Shown: one piece after another, positions 35,921-41,177 of the stretch
Numbering within the stretch: position 1 is the stretch's first letter
Layout of the letters: each line of letters starts with the position of its first letter
Virus record (IMG/VR): IMGVR_UViG_643886067_000001
Span: 1 to 41,177 of that record
DNA: 41,177 nucleotides
From: a virus
Lineage: Duplodnaviria; Heunggongvirae; Uroviricota; Caudoviricetes
Reading direction: 5' to 3' (one strand)
Notes under the pieces: generated by a model
Database searches by the model: none
Seen by the model: only the letters and a program-made list of their open reading frames with translations
What the model was told of the DNA's origin: nothing
Translations under genes and position numbers: made by a program

Positions 35921-36616
35921 TTACTTCACAACACCCTTCACCTGTTCAGTCAGAGCACCATAATCGTTAATTGTTTTATAAGTAATATCTCCTCCGGTGT
36001 ATCCTCCAGGGATATTCACAGTGACCTTTCCCTGTGGGGGTACCATGGTGTTTTCAAGACTTTTATTTCCGGCCTTTAAGTCAGTCACTGTCAGATAATA
36101 CGGCGTCGGATTAAACAGAGTCAGCCCTCCGTTTTCACGGGTGAACTCTAATTTACCCGGTGCCTGTTCTGGCGGAATAACCAGTCCCTGTGGACGGTAG
36201 AGCAGTTTAATTCTGCTGACAATTGCAAACTGCAGATAATTCTCGCCGGTTTTCGCCTTATCCATGGCCGGGATGGCCTTGACATTCACCCAGAACAAAC
36301 TTTCCCTGTCTTCCGGCATCTGTCCGTTTGTGGCATCAATAATTCTCAGGGTATTCTCTTTCTTTCCCTGCATGGAAAATAACGGAGGAGTAATTACAAA
36401 CCGGGCATCCTTTTTTCCCTCAGCATTTTCAATCCATGACTGAATAAGGTAACTACTTTTATCATCATTATTTGTTACCGCCAGTTGTACCTGTTTTTGC
36501 CCTTCAGGGTAAATCACACGGGTGGCCCCCAGAGCAACCCCGGCATAGCTCTGCGGAATATAAAAAAAGACTAAAAATGATGCCAGAACGGCCCATATAC
36601 GCATGTGCTTCATCAT
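35921..36616 (-). CDS. Fimbrial periplasmic chaperone (PapD/FimC family)
   Basis: 231 aa; signal peptide; GVALGATRVIYPEG...LIQSWIEN...RESLFWVNVKAIP motifs. Confidence 0.85.
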   Translation of the reverse strand: MMKHMRIWAVLASFLVFFYIPQSYAGVALGATRVIYPEGQKQVQLAVTNNDDKSSYLIQSWIENAEGKKDARFVITPPLFSMQGKKENTLRIIDATNGQMPEDRESLFWVNVKAIPAMDKAKTGENYLQFAIVSRIKLLYRPQGLVIPPEQAPGKLEFTRENGGLTLFNPTPYYLTVTDLKAGNKSLENTMVPPQGKVTVNIPGGYTGGDITYKTINDYGALTEQVKGVVK

Positions 36617-36656
36617 GTTATTAACAGCCTTAATTAAATGGCGTTATATCTGCCAG

Positions 36657-37205
36657 TTACAGATAGGTCAGAGAAAACCATACCTGTCCATTTGCCTTTC
36701 CCCCGGTGACGGGATAATGTGTGGCCTTATACCTCGCCTGCATATGCAGTTTCATATCTCCGCGGGTAAGATGCACCCAGTTCTCCGGAGGCTGATTAAG
36801 TTTTACCAGCTCTCCGCTTTCATTAAATAAAGCGATAGCGATTCCGTCTGAGGCATCATTCTCCTCATCCACCGACAGCAACTCCGGCTCGTGAATATCT
36901 GACACGCCATAAAAGGAAATCCCCACCCGCTGACTGACGACAGTGCTGCAGCCCTGAAGGTGAATATCAAAGCCCACAGAGTCCCCATACTCACCGGCGG
37001 CGTGAAATCGATTGCTGCTAAGTTGCCCCATATCCACAGTCATCTGCCTGTCTGACAGGGCAAGACTGCATGCTTCAGCAATTATTTTTCCCTGGAAGCG
37101 CATGTTTCCTCCCGGAAGCATGACATGCCAGTGGTTTCCGGCCAGTGCAGCGGGAGACAGCAAAAATAACATTATTGCCATTTTCGATATTTTCATTAAT
37201 CTCAC
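36657..37205 (-). CDS. Fimbrial minor subunit (FimI-like)
   Basis: 182 aa; signal peptide; fimbrin-like with conserved Cys pair and C-terminal beta-strand. Confidence 0.7.
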   Translation of the reverse strand: MRLMKISKMAIMLFLLSPAALAGNHWHVMLPGGNMRFQGKIIAEACSLALSDRQMTVDMGQLSSNRFHAAGEYGDSVGFDIHLQGCSTVVSQRVGISFYGVSDIHEPELLSVDEENDASDGIAIALFNESGELVKLNQPPENWVHLTRGDMKLHMQARYKATHYPVTGGKANGQVWFSLTYL

Positions 37206-37266
37206 ACCCGCATGGATAAAAACAGCCCTCCCTGGCCGGGTATATATCCGTTACACTGTTCTGATA

Positions 37267-37809
37267 TTACTGGTACTGAACTTTAAAGGTGGCGTCGGCG
37301 TTGGCAATACCAGCAGTGGCCTGTCCAGTTGCGTAGTAAACCGCCTGAAATGGAATTTTGTTGGTTCCGTCAGTTAATGTAAACGTTGAGCTTGCAGTTC
37401 CATCTAAAGGTACAACCTTGCCGGTATGGTCAGTAATCTGAACGCCGACGTTTGTTGCAGAACCCGCTGCAGAACTTTGTAAAGCAAGAACATCTGTTTT
37501 ACCAGTAACTGCTGGGCCTGAAAAGACAATTCCTGCACCAGCAGACACCTGCGAGTCACAATCATTTAATTCAATTGTAAATCCAACTGGATTGCTTTTA
37601 GCTCCATCTACTTTCAATCTTTCGGAACGAACCTGTCCAAGATTAACCGTCTGATCGAATGAGTTAGTGTTTACAGCACATGCAGCATTAACCACTTCAC
37701 CCTTAAAATGAACTGTACCACCATTAACCGTGGTGACAGCAGACGCATTTGTTGCAACACCCAGGGTCAGAGCTGAAAATACAGCCATGGAGATGAATTT
37801 TAACTTCAT
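37267..37809 (-). CDS. Major fimbrial subunit, S/F1C-type (SfaA/FocA-like)
   Basis: 180 aa; signal peptide [24 protein letters not shown]; FimA-family core; C-terminal ...ATFKVQYQ. Confidence 0.85.
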   Translation of the reverse strand: MKLKFISMAVFSALTLGVATNASAVTTVNGGTVHFKGEVVNAACAVNTNSFDQTVNLGQVRSERLKVDGAKSNPVGFTIELNDCDSQVSAGAGIVFSGPAVTGKTDVLALQSSAAGSATNVGVQITDHTGKVVPLDGTASSTFTLTDGTNKIPFQAVYYATGQATAGIANADATFKVQYQ

Positions 37810-38180
37810 ATTTAATTCCTGTTTTTAATTGAACTACGCACACCGTATCTGTCATCACAACAGACACAATCAATATCCCGAACGACGGGAATCTTTTTTC
37901 AGGAGAACTTCATAAATGCAATGTGAGAAATACACTCAGGCAGCATTTATGACATTATCTCCCGATAATATTTTCCGGTTAACCGACAGGAATCTTCTCT
38001 ATAGATAAGATTCCCTGGATGATAAGCTATGAGTTAGCACTCCTGTCTCCACACTGAATGCTTTAGCAAAAGCAGAGAATGAAAGCATGCCTCGTTGATA
38101 ATACCCGCACTCTCATTTGACTGCAGGCTTATATTTCTCGCGTATTATGTATTGCCCCGGCGTTTTTTATTGTCCGTATT

Positions 38181-38510
38181 TTACAGGGAAGCAGCTTCAG
38201 CTATAGCTGATACACTATCAGTATAATAAGGAGCAAGTCTGGCAACGAGGACATTCAACCTGGTAAGGCGCCCAAGCGTTGTACTGAAATATCCATTATT
38301 CATCTGGTATTTCTCGCAGACATCTTTACGGGAATGACCACTGACCAGATAATCCTTCATAGCGAGAATAACTCTGTCACTGTGAATAGAGGAAATACCT
38401 ATCAGTAAAAAAAATTGTTCTTCAGACATGGAGCCGGATGACAGCGCGCTCTCACGTAATTTTAGTAAAAAAGCATCCCCTCCCCGGGTAATAACTTCAT
38501 GCTGTGCCAT
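38181..38510 (-). CDS. PapB/SfaB/FocB-family fimbrial regulator
   Basis: 109 aa MAQHEVITRGGDAFLLKLRES...FFLLIGISSIHSDRVILAMKDYLVSGHSRKDVCEKYQMNNGYFSTTLGRL closely matches PapB-family pattern. Confidence 0.8.
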   Translation of the reverse strand: MAQHEVITRGGDAFLLKLRESALSSGSMSEEQFFLLIGISSIHSDRVILAMKDYLVSGHSRKDVCEKYQMNNGYFSTTLGRLTRLNVLVARLAPYYTDSVSAIAEAASL

Positions 38511-38625
38511 TCGATACTCCCCACCCCGCCACCTACAGGGCTGCCTTAATATTCATCCCCCATACAGGAGGGCCTGGCTCCTTAAGATATATTTAGTTTT
38601 TTATGTTGTAAACATGTATTTTGAC

Positions 38626-38731
38626 GATCTTTTGATCTGTAAAGCTGTTTATTTTTAGGGTTACATCTTGCAATGGATTAGTGTTTTAGTGATTAATGCT
38701 GCATAAGAATTAATATTCAGTATAAAAGATC
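38626..38731. promoter_or_regulatory. Pap-like Dam/Lrp phase-variation switch (two GATC sites 102 bp apart)
   Basis: GATC at 38626-29 (acGATCtttt) and 38728-31 (aaaGATCgtt) in the intergenic region between divergent papB-like and papI-like genes; further GATC at 38634 and 38858. Confidence 0.6.
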
Positions 38732-38928
38732 GTTAAAATCGTTTTTTGCAACGTTCCTTACCATTGAAAAAACTATAAAAATAATGTGATAGAAATCCAA
38801 TCGTGAATATGTTTCGCATATTAAGTAAATACACCAAATACAATATAAAAACATGATGATCACATTTGAATTGTCAAAAACAAGTCAGCCACTTATTATC
38901 CTTTTGCTTATATAGAGAGGATGATGAT

Positions 38929-39150
38929 ATGCAGAATGAAATAATGGGTTTTCTGAGCAGACATAATGGAGGGAAAACCGCAGAAATTGCGGAGGCGCTG
39001 GCGGTAACGGATTACCAGGCACGCTATTACCTGTTATTACTGGAAAAAGAAGGTATGGTTCAGCGCTCTCCGTTAAGACGAGGCATGGCAACATACTGGT
39101 TTCTGAAAGGAGAGATGCAGGCGGGACAGAGCTGTTCTTCCACAACTTAA
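38929..39150 (+). CDS. PapI/SfaC/FocI-family fimbrial regulator
   Basis: 73 aa [61 protein letters not shown]; GAGGA upstream. Confidence 0.8.
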   Translation: MQNEIMGFLSRHNGGKTAEIAEALAVTDYQARYYLLLLEKEGMVQRSPLRRGMATYWFLKGEMQAGQSCSSTT

Positions 39151-39341
39151 TAACTCAGTTTGTGGGCATGCTTCACTGAAACAGATAAAAGTTACATCAG
39201 AGTGCAGATTCAATTTTGCAGCATTCGTCACAAAATAAAAATCCAGCATTTTATGTCAGAATACCTCACATGATAATAAAACCTGTCCGGTTTTACTGCA
39301 TGGCCAGACATTATACAAAAGCAAATCCTGTAAACTCCATT

Positions 39342-39378
39342 CAGCCTCCTTGCTATCCGGTAACGGAGGCTGTTTTTT
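39342..39378 (+). terminator. Intrinsic terminator-like hairpin
   Basis: CAGCCTCC-ttgctatccggtaac-GGAGGCTG followed by TTTTTT. Confidence 0.4.
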
Positions 39379-39424
39379 CGTTACGCCTTTCCCCGGCAGC
39401 ATCAGTAGCAGTAATTTATAGATT

Positions 39425-40003
39425 CTACGAACTGAGACTGTCTGTCCGGGGAGAACATACGTAACCCGGCGCAAGGCTCCTGTCAATTACCTCCGGCCTC
39501 TGCTCCCTTGGTTGCCAGACAGAGTCTCTGACGACCATGCTTTCAGTGTCAGCGCCAGTGATATAAGACGGTAAATGGGGATGCGGACGATTTCCTGTAT
39601 CACGTCTGTTGGCGCTTAGCCTCAGAATATCCACCACCAGACGCTGACTGTCTGACCAAAACAGGCCGTTCAGTGCGATCACCTGCAATCCCGTTTCCAG
39701 CGCATACTTCAGTCGTTCACGGGGCGCTTTCACTTCCCGGGCAATTTGCTGCCATGGCGATGATGTATTTTCACTCCCAACCATCCGGCGAATACGATGA
39801 GACAGATGATACCGGAATATATCCGGCACACCAGAAAGACTGGCTTTCAGGCTGTACACGCAGCCAAACCGTTTATCGTTGAACACCACATTTTTCTGGC
39901 TGATATCCCATGCTTCCCGAAGTGTAACAATCAGCTGTGGCGTCCGGGTTAAAAGCAGACGAAAAGGCAGTTCAAAACTGGTGACGTAATCCACATTCAG
40001 CAA
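39425..40003 (-). CDS. Hypothetical protein, possibly distal fragment of a disrupted gene
   Basis: 192-aa ORF; out of frame with the ORF at 40236-40748; no family recognised. Confidence 0.3.
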   Translation of the reverse strand: MLNVDYVTSFELPFRLLLTRTPQLIVTLREAWDISQKNVVFNDKRFGCVYSLKASLSGVPDIFRYHLSHRIRRMVGSENTSSPWQQIAREVKAPRERLKYALETGLQVIALNGLFWSDSQRLVVDILRLSANRRDTGNRPHPHLPSYITGADTESMVVRDSVWQPREQRPEVIDRSLAPGYVCSPRTDSLSS

Positions 40004-40235
40004 TGTAATATGCAGCCGTTCTTCTGCCCCGCCTCAGTCTGCCGACACTCCTCCAGGACATCCTGCCACTGCTGGCGAAGACGTGAGGATTAATTCCGCC
40101 AAGGTAAAACAGTATTTATCCGCCATAGAGTCAATTCGTGTACACATACTGAAAAGAATTCCGTATAAAGATTCAGCAGACAAAACTTTATCAGTCTGTA
40201 AAAATTAACGGAAGAGTTGATATTTCTCCCGATCA

Positions 40236-40748
40236 TCACCGGATAATTGTTGCAATAACCAGTGGCATCAGAGACTGAACAGCTGTTTTTAACGCAACGT
40301 ATTGCTCTGATGTATCAGGCCGGGTAACCCGAAAACACCTTTCCACCCGACATTGTCCGCCAGCGTTTATCCCCCGCCAGGCCTGCTGCAGTAAATCCAC
40401 CACTTGCGAACATTCTTCATCAACTGTGGCACTGACCCGCAGATGGCAAATGCTCGCCTGGCTGAGCAGCAACAGGCATCGTATTGTTGCTCCTCCATGT
40501 TGTTCCCGCAACCAGCGTAATACCACCGGCGGTGCTGGACTGGCAGTGTGATTACGCTCAGTAATATGTTCTTGCACCTGTCGGTAAAAGGCAGTACAGA
40601 ATGCATGAATCTGTTGCCCGTTGATGTTTCCTTCTGCCGAATGGAGTGTGAAGTAAAATGCCAGCAAATGCGGCCAGTGGTCCACCGCCTGCTGAACAAA
40701 ACGCCGGATGTCTCCCGGCTCTGAAATTAAGGCTTCGGTTATTTGCAC
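40236..40748 (-). CDS. Hypothetical protein, possibly proximal fragment of a disrupted gene
   Basis: 170-aa ORF; followed by a 230-nt gap then a second ORF in another frame. Confidence 0.3.
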   Translation of the reverse strand: MQITEALISEPGDIRRFVQQAVDHWPHLLAFYFTLHSAEGNINGQQIHAFCTAFYRQVQEHITERNHTASPAPPVVLRWLREQHGGATIRCLLLLSQASICHLRVSATVDEECSQVVDLLQQAWRGINAGGQCRVERCFRVTRPDTSEQYVALKTAVQSLMPLVIATIIR

Positions 40749-41177
40749 GAAATCTTCCTTTTCAAACCCTGTTGGATTTTGTCAAGCCGGTGCAGACACA
40801 GTAAAGCGCGCATCAACACCTGAAAGGTACGATACAAACACAAGTTACAAACAATAAGAACGGAAGGACAATTAATCAGTGAGGAATAATAACTAAATTA
40901 ACCAAAAGAATGTTACTGACAATACCACCAATACTTAAATAGCAATATATTAATTAATGTAAGAACAGATGCCCGGTAAGACATATACACAATACATCCA
41001 CAAACACACTCTTTTCATTAAATAAATCACCTGATTAAACCATGAAAGTGTGATGTAAGTCAAAATTACTGACACAATCAATTGATAATGATTATCTCTA
41101 TCATTATCGTGATATTCGAGAATGAAAGGAGAAGTAGTCATTATAAGCCTTTTATAAATCGTCATCATCATAGTAAA

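Noticed and set aside
40950-41171. 73-aa minus-strand ORF in the AT-rich end region
   Set aside because: Low-complexity AT-rich sequence with no ribosome-binding site; likely spurious.

Overview
Most of this window (1 to ~34,497) is one lambdoid prophage whose far end lies beyond the window start; the last ~6.7 kb is a chromosomal S/F1C-type (sfa/foc-like) fimbrial operon with a PapI/PapB-type switch and an usher cut off at the prophage junction. Reading the minus strand from high to low coordinates, the prophage right arm runs: Cro-like and YdaT-like genes, O/P replication genes with iterons, a block of small early genes, a nin region (hok toxin, RusA, DUF968, Q-like antiterminator), then the late region (DNA methyltransferase, three tRNAs, nanS-p esterase, lysis cassette, HNH, terminase, protease-capsid fusion, portal). 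The plus strand carries the repressor, a left operon ending in a RecE-like exonuclease, xis and int. The late region has the Shiga-toxin-phage layout (Q, tRNAs ileZ-argN-argO, nanS-p, S-R-Rz) but no stx genes; that slot holds a TerB-like gene, a small membrane peptide and two structured direct repeats. The strongest candidate for an undescribed system is a self-contained two-gene cassette in the nin region (18,511-20,377): a 216-aa protein of unknown family overlapping a fused XRE-HTH/ImmA-like zinc-peptidase protein, flanked by identical terminator hairpins, which looks like a toxin-antitoxin or phage-defence module. All calls are from reading the sequence and recalled protein families; no database search was run. 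ORF-track starts that are TTG/GTG were re-placed at the nearest plausible ATG/GTG with a ribosome-binding site. CDS coordinates include the stop codon.
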